From Octopus vulgaris (Eukaryota): 64,000 nucleotides of DNA. A program made the position numbers and the translations under genes. Where the stretch lies: the NCBI GenBank assembly GCA_951406725.2, contig OX597837.1, forward strand, positions 13,950,001-14,014,000, read 5' to 3'. This document shows positions 1 to 10,949 of this stretch, piece after piece. The notes under the pieces were generated by a model that worked only from the letters and a program-made list of their open reading frames with translations, ran no database searches and was not told the DNA's origin. The first letter of the stretch is position 1. Every line of letters starts with the position of its first letter.

Positions 1-289
1 CTTGCATGTCCGGTGTTTGTGTATTTTCTATGTATGTGTGTGTGAGCATGTGTTTGTATATGTATGCACCTCTGTCTCCTTCTGTGTGTGCATGTCTGTG
101 TCTGTGTGTGTGTGTGTTATGCAACTATGTACCATGTTTGTATGTATGGATGTGCATCTTTATATGTGTGGATCCGTGTCTCCATTTGTGTCTGTTCTTG
201 TAACCTATGTACCTATCTGTCTCTATGTTGATCTGTTTATTTACATATCTAAAATACAATTAAAAATATTAAAAAAACCCCTTACAAAC

Positions 290-510
290 CTGGACACTCT
301 CCATGGCTTGCAACCACATTTGTATTCCTGGGTGAGTGGCATGTTGTAAGCAGATGAGAATGGAGAATCCTTTCACCTGGTCAACAGGTAACATTAAGCT
401 ACAGTAATACTCCAGAAGGTGTGCAAGTCTATTTGAGGTGAAGGAATCCAGGAGATTAACACTGGCAACTGGGAATGTGACAACGCATCTTCCATCTATA
501 TCAGTTGCAC
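290..510 (-). CDS. Internal exon of a SEC14/CRAL-TRIO-domain gene (Trio/Kalirin/MCF2L/PLEKHG4/SESTD1 type); gene continues beyond window start
   Basis: Acceptor tttcaag| at 512-511 and donor CAG|gtttgt at 289 (alternative gtaagg at 285). Translates GATDIDGRCVVTFPVASVNLLDSFTSNRLAHLLEYYCSLMLPVDQVKGFSILICLQH, matching the Trio-type SEC14 pattern GGRDxxGxPILTFP...LxxLIxYL...GFTVIVD. Phase 1 joins the 1035-1101 exon. Confidence 0.8.
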
Positions 511-519
511 CTTGAAATG

Positions 520-969
<450 letters not shown>

Positions 970-1034
970 GCTTTATAACCCACGGCCAGGCCTGGACCAA
1001 ACAGAAACCATAATAAAATGTCTTGAAGCGCTAC

Positions 1035-1101
1035 CTGTTAGTTGAGCAATTCCTGATCTCAGAATCTCAGAATCAACTGCCTTATTTCCGTGAGACATTC
1101 T
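1035..1101 (-). CDS. Exon of the SEC14-domain gene (RMSHGNKAVDSEILRSGIAQLT-G)
   Basis: Strong acceptor ttcctttccttttcag| and donor ACAG|gtagcg. 67 nt, phase 0 to 1. LRSGIAQLTG continues in frame into GATDIDGR, the expected start of the SEC14 domain. Confidence 0.78.
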
Positions 1102-1237
1102 CTGAAAAGGAAAGGAAAATAGATTCAGAATTAAATAGGAAAAAATAATGGTACAGTTCAATCATGCGTTTGTTATTGTCCGTTTTCTCCCCTGCCAGTG
1201 CAAAGCAATTGCTATGGATACCAAAGCATGGCCACAC

Positions 1238-1262
1238 CTGAGCAGGTTTGTTTCCCGACCAT
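1238..1262 (-). CDS. Putative 25-nt micro-exon (R-WSGNKPAQ) of the SEC14-domain gene
   Basis: Acceptor tttttaaaccag| and donor CAG|gtgtgg. Phase 2 to 0, exactly bridging the 2618 exon (ends phase 2) and the 1101 exon (starts phase 0). Confidence 0.55.
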
Positions 1263-1272
1263 CTGGTTTAAA

Positions 1273-1473
1273 AATAATAATAATAATAATGAAATTATTG
1301 TATACAGTGCTCAGGTGCACCACAACTTGTCAGAGTATATGCAGTAATGTACAAATGTCTGGAAAACGAACAATGCATGAGTCAGATCCATGCTTGCGTG
1401 TGTATGGAGGGGAGAAAATCAGGTGTAGTGTTGGTGAATCTCAGGAAGCATGGAAGTTTTGAAGGATGTAGTG
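1273..1473 (-). mobile_element. CR1-group LINE extreme 3' fragment with (TTA)n tail (same family as 5486-5926)
   Basis: Reverse complement matches the GTGCACCTGAGCACTGTA 3' end and last ORF codons of the 5486-5926 copy. Confidence 0.7.
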
Positions 1474-1845
1474 CAAGTGTTTTCTGCTATAGCTCCTGGC
1501 CACAACAGCATTGTGAGTGGATTTCGTGGAAGGAAACTGAAAGAAGCCTGTCTTATGTGTACCTGTATGTGTATGCAATCATGTATGTATGTGTTTATGC
1601 ATAGAGGTATGTGTGTGTGTGTGTGAATGTCTCCTTGTTTTTACATCGTGTGATGGTTGTAAACGAACATCACCATCACATAAGCTGTGTCCTTCATTTT
1701 CCGGTCTTCCTTGGAAATCTGTCAGGTCGTGGGGCAAATATTAGCCAGCTTGGAAACAGGTGAAGGTTGGTGGCAGGAAGGGCATCCAACCTTAGAAAAA
1801 TCTACCTCAACAACTTCCATCTGACCCATGCAAGCAAAGAATTGT

Positions 1846-2318
1846 CTGATAAGGGTACACCAGGCACATGTATCACAACCATATGTGCGCGACATGATTA
1901 TCTCATATCAAGATAAACAGCACATGACCTTGCAGGTGGGGCCCAGTTACAATTTTCTTCAGGTCGAATAAGCCATCCCGCTCAAAAGGTCCCTGAATAA
2001 GGGTTGTTTAAGGATGTTGAACGAAACACCCATGTTTCCAGACGTGAATTATCCAAACCCCAAAGAATCCCTCTCAACACATGGCTATGATGCTCCCCCA
2101 CTACTTCTGCTCGTGATCAGAGATGCACATATCGTCAGCCACTAAGGGCCATGCTCAACTGGTTAAGGTCAAACAACTGACAAGCAAATCTGTGGTATTA
2201 AGCAGAATATCTGCTGTAGCCCATCTTTTATACCAAGACAAAACAATGTACATGATAACACTTCCAATCAGTTAAGATCAGAAGCCACGAGATCCACTGC
2301 CTGGTACTGCATCAGGGC

Positions 2319-2349
<31 letters not shown>
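1846..2349 (+). mobile_element. Retroposon 3' region ending in an (ATT)n tail, family unassigned
   Basis: Complex sequence interrupting a SINE fragment and ending GCATCAGGGCATT(TAT)n; no ORF. Confidence 0.45.
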
Positions 2350-2617
2350 GGAATATGTTCTTTAATATGTAACCATGATAGTCATCCATTGTAAGATACT
2401 GGTTTAACAAGGATCATTTCACCAAAATATTGAATATGGAATTGTTTTGGCCTAACTTGGATCTAAGCAAATAACAAACCTTCATGTATCCATGTTGTTT
2501 ATCATTAAGATTTAACGAAGAGAAATATATTGCAATGCAAAAAAAAAAAAAATGCTAACGATCAAGACAACAACAACAACAGCAATAACAGCAGCAACAA
2601 CTGAAATGAAAGTTTAC

Positions 2618-2796
2618 CTGGAATTAATTAGCGTCGCATTTACATCCAGGTGTGGTTCAGAAAGTGAAGAACTCGTCAAAGTATTTCGGAATCGTTCGGC
2701 AGAGACTTCGTGTTTTGTAAAGCTACGTAAACAGTCCTTCAAACTGGGTTGGCTGAGGTTGAATCTGCAGCAGCTGTTGTGCGCCGAACAGGACAT
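2618..2796 (-). CDS. Probable first coding exon of the SEC14-domain gene (exon likely 2618-2860, ATG at 2796)
   Basis: MSCSAHNSCCRFNLSQPSLKDCLRSFTKHEVSAERFRNTLTSSSLSEPHLDVNATLINS. In-frame stop upstream of the ATG, donor CAG|gtaaac, acceptor ggtcag| at 2862-2861; only the phase-2 frame is open at the donor. Confidence 0.55.
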
Positions 2797-4159
2797 GGAT
2801 CCTTTGATATAGATGTTTATGCGTTATTGATTTTGACTTTGAAACATCTGTTACTACATTCTGACCATAAATGTGTGTGTGCGTGTGTGTGTTTATGTGT
2901 GTGTGTGTGGTGGAAGTCAATAGATGACTAACTAAGAAAACTTCTTCTTAATCTCAGTAAGTTCATGCAAACATTCTGAGAATTCAAGAAGTTCCTGGGC
3001 CCGAATTTATTCTGAGTGGATAAATTGTTGGGTAACACTGAACCCATTTCTCAGTGCAGTAAGTTATAAAACTCGGGGCACGACAGAGGGTGAGGCGATC
3101 AGAAACCAAATGCCCTCCAGGTTTTTATTCTATTATATGAGTTTTCTTTCTCCCTGGAAACAGTTCCTAAGAGAGTTAGGTGTCCTTCACCCCCTGTGGT
3201 TCATATGCTGATTAACCTACGGCTGGGACCCTAACAGGTGTTGCTCCTCAAAATCAGAGTAAGACCTGGGGAACAATGCTGGCTAAGGAGATGTTTCCAT
3301 AATCATCAAACCCCTGGAACTCCTGCACTTGAGTCCTCTTTATGTGTGTATGTGTGTGTGTGCATGCGGGTTTGTGTGCATGTATGTGTGCATGCATGTG
3401 TATGCATGTATGTGTATATGTGTGTGCGTGTGTGCGGGGTTGTGGCATGTATGTGTACATGCGTGTGTATGCATGTGTGTGTGTGTGCATGTGTGTGTAT
3501 ATGGGTGTCTACATATATAGATGTGTGTATGTGTGAGTGTGTATATGTGTGTGAGTGTGTGTATGTGTGTGTATGTGTATGTGTATATATATATATATAT
3601 ATATGTTCATCTATATCCAAGCATGGTGGTGGTATAGGCTGGATGGTTTGACAACAGCTGGCATCCCAGACATCTGTGCCAATCTCAACTGTTTGTTTTG
3701 CCATAGTTTCCAGAGCTGGATGCTCTTCCGAATGCCAGCCCTTTACTAGAGTGTAGTGGGTTCTCTTATTCATGGCATCAACACCAGAGAAAGTCACAAA
3801 GTACCTTGCAAAAGGAGACCCACCCCCCTCAATAGAAATGGGAGTAGTACTGAGAGAGGTGGTTTTGTGCCCAGGGATGTGAAGTTAACGTACGAATAGC
3901 AGGATGGTAGCAGGTGTCGTGTAGGGGAGGAGAGACATCGTTATTCCAGTGGAATAATAGAGAAGAGGAAGAGGCAAGGCGAGGAGGAGGAAGAGGAGAG
4001 AGAGGATGTACTGGGGGTGGGGGCTTCGCTCAATTTACATGGAGAAGATTGGATAAGGTAGATGGGTGGGGAAGTTCACAGGGAGTGCGAAAGGAGAATG
4101 GGTGATTGGGGGAGGGGAATGCCTTGACTGAATACGGATGGAGATATCAATAACAATAT

Positions 4160-4224
<65 letters not shown>

Positions 4225-4229
<5 letters not shown>

Positions 4230-4612
4230 TCTTTTATTCTTTTACTTGTTTCAGTCATTTGATTGTGGCCATACTGGAGCACTGCATTTAGTCGAGCAAA
4301 TCGACCCCGGGACTTATTCTTTGCAAGCCTAGTACTTATTCTATCGGTCTCTTTTGCCGAACTGCTAAGTGGCGGGGACGTAAACACACCAGCATCAGTT
4401 ATCAAACACAAACACACAAACACATACACACACACATACACATATATGTACAATGGGCTTCTTTCAGTTTCCATTTACCAAATCCACTCACAAGGCTTTG
4501 GTCAACGCGAGGATATAGTAGAAGACATTTGCCCAAGATGCCATGCAGTGGGACTGAACCCGGAACCATGTAGTTGGTAAGCAAGCTTCTTACCACACAG
4601 CCACTCCTGCAC
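4225..4612 (-). mobile_element. tRNA-derived SINE family A (CORE-like CTTGGGCAA motif, internal (CA)n, CAGCATGGCC tail)
   Basis: Head GGAGTGGCTGTGTGGTAAG...GGTTCAGTCCC and tail CCAGYATGGCCRCARTCAAATGACTGAAACAAGTAAAAG; many copies in the window. Confidence 0.85.
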
Positions 4613-4676
4613 CTATATATATATGTGTGTGTGTGTATATATCTATACACCTACAGACATACATAAATATATATAT

Positions 4677-4709
<33 letters not shown>

Positions 4710-4773
4710 TATATATATATATATGTGTGTGTGTATGTGTGTGTGTGTATATATATATATATACACACACATG

Positions 4774-4812
<39 letters not shown>

Positions 4813-5485
4813 GTATATGTAGGTGCCGGAGTGACTGTGTGGTCAGTAGCTTGCTTACATACATATATATATATGTGTGTGTGTGTGTATATTGTTATTG
4901 ATATCTCCATCCGTATTCAGTCAAGGCATTCCCCTCCCCCAATCACCCATTCTGCTTTCGCACTCCCTGTGAACTTCCCCACCCATCTACCTTATCCAAT
5001 CTTCTGCATAACTTCACTTATACACCCCTCCATGTAAATTGAGCGAAGCCCCCACCCCCAGTACATCCTCTCTCTCCGCTTCCTCCTCCTCGCCTTGCCT
5101 CTTCCTCTTCTCTATTATTCCACTGGAATAACGATGTCTCTCCTCCCCTACACGACACCTGCTACCATCCTGCTATTCGTACTTTAACTTCACATCCTTG
5201 GGCACAAAACCACCTCTCTCAGTACTACTCCCATTTCTATTGAGGGGGGTGGGTCTCCTTTTGCAAGGTACTTTGTGACTTTCTCTGGTGTTGATGCCAT
5301 GAATAAGAGAACCCACTACACTCTAGTAAAGGGCTGGCATTCGGAAGAGCATCCAGCTCTGGAAACTATGGCAAAACAAACAGTTGAGATTGGCACAGAT
5401 GTCTGGGATGCCAGCTGTTGTCAAACCATCCAGCCTATACCACCACCATGCTTGGATATAGATGAACATATATATATATATATAT

Positions 5486-5868
5486 CAGACACCTACCATA
5501 TTCTGAGCGCCTTGTTTCCCTGGGCATGGATTCTCTGAAGCTCCGGCGTTTGGCGACGGACTTGGTAAACACCCACAAAGTTATCAACCACCTCACCAAC
5601 AACAACACTGAACACCTTTTTGATCTCCATGTGTCTAACACACGTGGACATGCCTACAAAGTCAGAAAACAATACAGCTCCCATGACTTTCGGAAACATT
5701 TTTTCACGCTCAGAGTTGCTGAAGCATGGAATAAACTGCCTGCGTCAGTTGTTGACTGCCATGACACTGCATCTTTTAAGGCCCTCATGCTTTCCGAAAT
5801 CCGCCGAAACTTCACCTGATTATATATACACTTTAGATGAGTTGTAGTGCACCTGAGCACTGTACACA

Positions 5869-5926
<58 letters not shown>
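5486..5926 (+). mobile_element. 5'-truncated CR1-group LINE (ORF2 C-terminus, 3' UTR, (TTA)n tail)
   Basis: LGMDSLKLRRLATDL...NTRGHAYKVRK...RKHFFTLRVAEAWNKLP is the typical CR1 C-terminus; microsatellite tail follows. Confidence 0.88.
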
Positions 5927-5930
<4 letters not shown>

Positions 5931-6391
5931 CACATACACACACATACACACACTCACACACATATACACACTCACACATACACACATCTATATATGTAGA
6001 CACCCATATACACACACATGCACACACACACATAGTTCCAGGTTCAGTCCCACTGCGTGGCACCTTGGGCAAGTGTCTTCTACTATAGCTTCAGGCCGAC
6101 CAAAGCCTTATGAGTGGATTTGGGTTCGACTGTGTTTATTGAGACAGATTTTCTATGGACAGCTGTCCTTCCAGTCACCAGCCCCTATCTGTTTCCAAAG
6201 AAGGCAATAATATTTCCCTCTGATCAGACATGTCTTTTCTCAGAATACTGGAAATGAATGACCTTTATTTATGTTTATTTCTTAATTGCCCACAGGGGGC
6301 TAAAAATCGAGGGGACAAACAAGGACAGAAAAAGGGATTAAGTCGATGACATCGACCCTGAAAGGATGAAAGGCAAAGTCGATCTCGGAGA

Positions 6392-6742
6392 CCTTTATAT
6401 ATATAAAGCTGAAGTTGTCTGTGTATGGTAGGTTTGGTAGCCTTCAACTAACACTATCTCCTCCGAGACCCTGCGGCACAAGTTGACCAAAATTGAGAGT
6501 ATGATAGAAGAAGCCTTGCTCTTCATTCCATAGAAGAAAAATTATATACATCAAAAAGGTGCTTTTTTTTCTATGAAAATCCCAATTTTTTACGATTTTT
6601 TGCCATTTTTCGGTGTATTTCAACCAGAAAAATGTTCACTTAAAGAGAATTACAAGCTATATAGTGCAAAATTTTTACTTTTCAAAAATTCCAATTCTAA
6701 AGGGTCGAAACAAACCCGAGCAACGCCGGGCTATACTGCTAG
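6392..6742 (+). mobile_element. Non-autonomous Helitron
   Basis: 3' hairpin CCCGAGCAACGCCGGG (6715-6730) followed by CTAG|T at 6739-6742; truncates a SINE; second copy at 22712-23053. Confidence 0.75.
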
Positions 6743-7302
6743 TATATATTAAATTACATGAAGTCAAGACAAGGACACACGCACACACATGCCAACTAAC
6801 GCCTCATGAGTGAATTTAGTAGACAGAAACCGTGTGAAAGCCTGTTATATCGGCGATCATTAATAGAACTAGTGATGTTCAACAAGAAATAAGTGTCAAG
6901 CAATGCCGCTACTAAAAAATTTATAGCACGTTATTGCGAGCATTTCAAGGGAACTAACTTTTATATGAGTTAACTCCCTTGTATTGTAAAGCGTATTGTT
7001 AAGACGACGGGTGTTCTGGTTGTTAAGCTAATCAACAGAACAGCCTGCCCGTGGAGTTAATGGGCAAGTGGCTGAGCACTCCGCAGACATGCTTTAGTTC
7101 TCAAGGAAGCTCAGCATGACACAGAATGTCAAAATACTGGCTCTTTGGACTACTGGTGAAGCTCATTTTTGCCAGCTGAGTCGACATGAGCAGCGTGAAA
7201 TAAAGTGTATAAGATACAGCGCGCCGCCAGGAATCGAACTTACGTCGGTGAGCCTAAGACCCTTACCACTAAACTACGCGCCTTCATATCATAAAGAATA
7301 AA

Positions 7303-7530
7303 AGGCGGCGAAATGGCAGAAACGTTAGCACGCCGGGCGAAATGCTAAGCAGTATTTCGTCTGCCGTTACGTTCTGAGTTCAAATTCCACCGAGGTCGAT
7401 TTTGCCTTTCATCCTTTCGGGGTCGATTAAATAAGTACCAGTTACACACTGGAGTCGATTTAATCGATTTAACTGTCCTTGTTTGTCCTTTCTGTGTTTA
7501 TCCCCTTGTGGGTAGTAAAGAAACAGGTAT
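7303..7530 (+). mobile_element. tRNA-derived SINE family B, full length
   Basis: Head GGCGGCGA..TGGCAGAAACGTTAGCACGCCGGGC, B-box-like GAGTTCAAATTCC, central TTGCCTTTCATCCTTTCGGGGTCGAT domain and tail CCCCTTGTGGGTAGTAAAGAAA. Confidence 0.85.
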
Positions 7531-7587
7531 TTGTATGAATAATACCGTACTAAATTCTGGTGCCTCAACTTATATATATATATATAT

Positions 7588-7778
7588 GTAGGTCCCGGGT
7601 TGAGTCGGGGTTAACCACAGTAAATAAGGTACTCAATACATGGCAGAGTAAATTAATTTATTTTATAGAAGGAGCTTCTACAGGACTAGAACTGTTTCAT
7701 TCAAATGAAATCATCAGGAAGCTTCCTGATGATTTCATTTGAATGAAACAGTTCTAGTCCTGTAGAAGCTCCTTCTAT

Positions 7779-7784
<6 letters not shown>
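7588..7784. mobile_element. Penelope-like element pLTR fragment with inverted 5' junction, inserted in (TA)n
   Basis: Perfect 126-bp palindrome 7659-7784 containing a hammerhead core. The minus-strand copy continues through AATAAA to a tail ending in (TA)n; both flanks are (TA)n. Confidence 0.7.
7720..7770 (+). ncRNA. Type I hammerhead ribozyme motif (mirror copy on minus strand at 7673-7723)
   Basis: Stem I AGCTTC/GAAGCT, core CTGATGA 7726-7732, stem II TTC/GAA, GAAA 7745-7748, stem III ACAG/CTGT. Cleavage triplet GUA, cut after 7764. Confidence 0.72.
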
Positions 7785-7827
<43 letters not shown>

Positions 7828-8089
7828 ATATAAATTAGAACCATCATGTAGCAATTAAACAATGATATACGTAAATCATACTATATAGAAATTCCTATAA
7901 TTTAATCTATATATGTATATTATGTATTTTAAATAATTTGTTTTAATTATTTATATACCTGGATTATATATTGTGAAATTTGATTTAGTATTACTAAATT
8001 GAATTTTTCCCTATAAGTTTGGAATCATATTCCCTAATATTATTATTATTTATATATATATAGATATCTATATATCTATATATATTTGA

Positions 8090-8420
8090 AATTGTAGTTG
8101 TGATACCTGTGCCGGTGGCATGTAAAACGCACCATCTGAACGTGGCCGATGCCAGCACCACCTTGACTGGCTTCTGTGCTGGTGGCAGGTAAAAAGCACC
8201 AACCGATCGTGGCCATTGCCAGCTTCTCCTGGCATGTAAAAAGCACCCACTACACTCACGGAGTGGTTGGAATTAGGAAGGGCATCCAGCTGTAGAAACA
8301 CTGTCAGATCAGACTGGAGCCTGGTGCAGCCTCCTAGCTTCCCAGACCCCAGTCAAACCATCCAACCCATGCTAGCATGGAAAACGGACGTTAAACGATG
8401 ATGATGATGATGATGATGAT
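8090..8420 (+). mobile_element. SINE family E with RTE-like tail GGACGTTAAACGATGATG; related copies at 9390-9630 (-), 28364-28680 (-), 38035-38265 (-), 56085-56245 (+)
   Basis: Shared GGAAGGGCATCCAGCTGTAGAAAC core and CCAACCCATGCTAGCATGGAAAACGGACGTTAAA(CGA/TGA)n tail. Confidence 0.75.
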
Positions 8421-8429
8421 TTAAGAACA

Positions 8430-9290
8430 GATTTATATTTATAAAAAAGAAAACCAGGTACATAATAAAATATAATAACTTTATTTATCAGAAAATGCTA
8501 TGAGGATAAAAATAGACCTTCTTTTCAATAATGTTATTCAATAAAGCCACCTTCAACTTCAACAACTGCTTCTATATGAGATCTAAATCATCTACATGCT
8601 CTCAAATCAAGTGGTCCTGGTTCATTTTGGACATTACTCTGACTATGGCAGCTTTCAAAGAATCTTTGGTGCTATGGGCGTGTTCATTGACCTCTCTCTC
8701 AACAACACTCCACATGTAATAGTCCAATGGATTGAGATCTGAGGAATTTGGAGGACAAATATTAGGGGTTATGTGATCATGAACATTTTCAGCCATCCAT
8801 TCCTGTGTTACAAGAGGCGTATGTGATAGGGCAGAGTTTTACTGAAACACATATGGCCTTCCATTGCATACACTGTCTATCCAGGGCTTAACAATTATTT
8901 CCAGGACCTCAATGTAGATGGCAGAGTTAACTCTAAGGCCTTGAGGAAAGAAGTAAGGAGGTATCTTATGTCCTTCATTGCTGATAACCCCTAAAACCGT
9001 GACAGGTGCAGGCAATTTTGTATGTATAACACTTGGAACTTGAGAAGGGTCTGCACATAACCAGCTATCATTTCTTTTGTTAATTTTTTGATCTTAGTCG
9101 AAGTTTTTCTCGTTTGAGAAAAACCAAATTAAATATTCTTCTCCTGGATTTTTCAGTTTATTTAAGAGCCTTTTAGATCCGATGTAGGGATTTTCTTTTG
9201 CTTTTTCTGACAAATTGACCTTCCCTTATCAAGTAAGACTTATATCTGATGTCTTCGGGGACAACATTTCTGACTGTTTCTACTGACACA
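8430..9290 (-). mobile_element. Decayed Tc1/mariner-superfamily transposase (maT/DD37D-like)
   Basis: Minus-strand motifs WFFSNEKNF, GRPYVFQ*NSALSH and PPNSSDLNPLDYYMWSVVE correspond to FSDEK, FQQDSAPxH and WPPNSPDLNPLDY; internal stops. Confidence 0.85.
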
Positions 9291-9630
9291 TCTTTTGGTC
9301 AGCATACTGATGCCTGAGGGTCGCATCAAGTGACTTCTAGCAGTGGAAGCCTGAACTACTACGGGCTTGTCTTACTATATATTTATATATCATCATCATC
9401 ATCGTTTAATGTCCGCTTTCCATGCTAGCATGGGTTGGACAGTTCAACTGGGGTCTGGGAAGCCCGAAGGCTGCACCAGGCCAGTCAGATCTGGCAGAGT
9501 TTCTACAGCTGGATGCCCTTCCTAAGGCCAACCACTCTGTGAGTGTAGTGGGTGCTTTTTATGTGCCACCGACACAGGTGCCAGACGAGGCTGGCGAACG
9601 GCCACGCTCAGATGGTGTTTTTTATGTGCC

Positions 9631-9683
<53 letters not shown>

Positions 9684-9747
9684 TTTATCAAAGACCTATA
9701 ATCCTTTAAGGGATGCTAGTATCTTAGCTCTGCAGTTTATACCAGTG

Positions 9748-9799
9748 TTCAGTGAAAACTAAATATATTAGCTAGCTAATATATTTAGTTTTCACTGAA
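9748..9799. repeat. Perfect 52-bp palindrome
   Basis: TTCAGTGAAAACTAAATATATTAGCT|AGCTAATATATTTAGTTTTCACTGAA, no spacer. Confidence 0.95.
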
Positions 9800-9834
9800 T
9801 TAACTATCTCTTGAAATTAGGATTTTGGCTTTAC

Positions 9835-10327
9835 CTCATCTCAAATGGAGATAGATATATATACATATCACATATGGAGATAGATATATCGGAAAATGAA
9901 TTTAAATCTACTTGGAAAGACCAAGAAACAAATTTTTCCGCCTTTCAGTTTAAAAAAAAAAAAAGCAAAAACAAAAACAAAATCAAAAACAAAAAAAATA
10001 ATTCCTGAAACAGGAAACAGAAGAGCGACCCAAATCGCGGAACTCTCTAGTAGAAAGAAGCTAGAAAAGTAGTACGCCTGCATGGCCGTTCCATCCGCTT
10101 CTTGCTTTTTCCTTCCCAGTTGAGGTTTCCTTCTTCTTCTCATTCTTCTTCGCTTTCATTATTATTATTATTATTATGTGCTGAAAAATTAAAAGCCATT
10201 GTTTTAAGCCGTGTGTCGTCGTGGATTGAGACTAATTAGCAGCAGCAGCAGCGGATAAGATTCAGATTAAAGGAGCAAGATTCAAAGGATAAGAGATCGA
10301 ATTTCCGAGAGAGATTTCGAGCCCTGT
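9835..10327. promoter_or_regulatory. Probable bidirectional promoter region: non-coding first exon of the SEC14 gene (-) and 5' UTR of JMJD6 (+)
   Basis: Minus-strand donor GAG|gtaaag at 9834; transposon-free, CpG-retaining sequence directly upstream of the JMJD6 ATG. The TSSs cannot be seen. Confidence 0.4.
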
Positions 10328-10382
10328 ATGGATCAGCGAGCCAAGAAGAGAGTGAAGGAAGCCAAGCTGAAAGCTCGACCAG
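10328..10382 (+). CDS. JMJD6: JMJD6/PSR exon 1 (JmjC arginine demethylase / lysyl hydroxylase)
   Basis: MDQRAKKRVKEAKLKARP versus human MNHKSKKRIREAKRSARP; donor AG|gtaagc, phase 1. Confidence 0.92.
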
Positions 10383-10620
10383 GTAAGCTTCCTGCGATTA
10401 ATTGCCCTAATTGGAATCATGATTAATTAATCTCATCTCCTGTTGTATATTTCTCATGTCTTCCTTTTTTAATTAACACAAAAATTAATGTTGAAAAATG
10501 TAATTGTAGATTTGGAAATGAGAGATTTTTCCATCTTTGTGTGTTTGACTCTGCTTCTGTGTTTTTTTCTCTCTTATAATAATTTATTTTGATTAGGGCA
10601 CAAAGCCAATTTTTGCTCTT

Positions 10621-10949
10621 GGTACTACTCGCGAACAGCGGTCCCGGTGCGCGCACTCGCGCTAGCTAGTCGTGACTGGTCGATCCTACAACGACTTTTA
10701 AACCCTAACCCAACCCTAAACCTAATTTTCTAACCCGAGTTTGTTTTAAAAAAATAATTGATTTAATTAGTTTAAGAAATGATTTCCTTTTGTGTTTTAT
10801 TTACTTTGTTCGAAGAAAATTATTTAATTTTCTTTGATGTGGATTCAGCCTTGACAGACAAACATAGGCGCAAAGTCGTTGTAGGATCGACTACTTATGA
10901 CTAGCTAGCGCGAGTGCGCGCACCGGGACCACTGTTCGCTAGTAGTACC
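10621..10949. mobile_element. MITE-like element with ~78-bp GC-rich terminal inverted repeats and internal telomere-like repeats
   Basis: GGTACTACTCGCGAACAGCGGTCCCGGTGCGCGCACTCGCGCTAGCTAGTC at 10621 is mirrored by the sequence ending AGTAGTACC at 10949; AACCCTAACCCAACCCTAAACCTAA inside; TT on both flanks. Confidence 0.8.

Larger units (their letters stand above)
3480..6033. repeat. Local inverted duplication (core arms 3601-4160 and 4888-5471, extended by 3480-3590 and 5927-6033)
   Basis: Arms are near-identical reverse complements with a few substitutions and one 24-bp indel. The same ORF starts appear on opposite strands (3306..3797 - and 5275..5538 +). Confidence 0.92.

Noticed and set aside
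9868-10143. 91-aa minus-strand ORF MRRRRKPQ...
   Set aside because: Low-complexity and poly-T-derived with no recognisable homology; more likely 5' UTR or promoter sequence.
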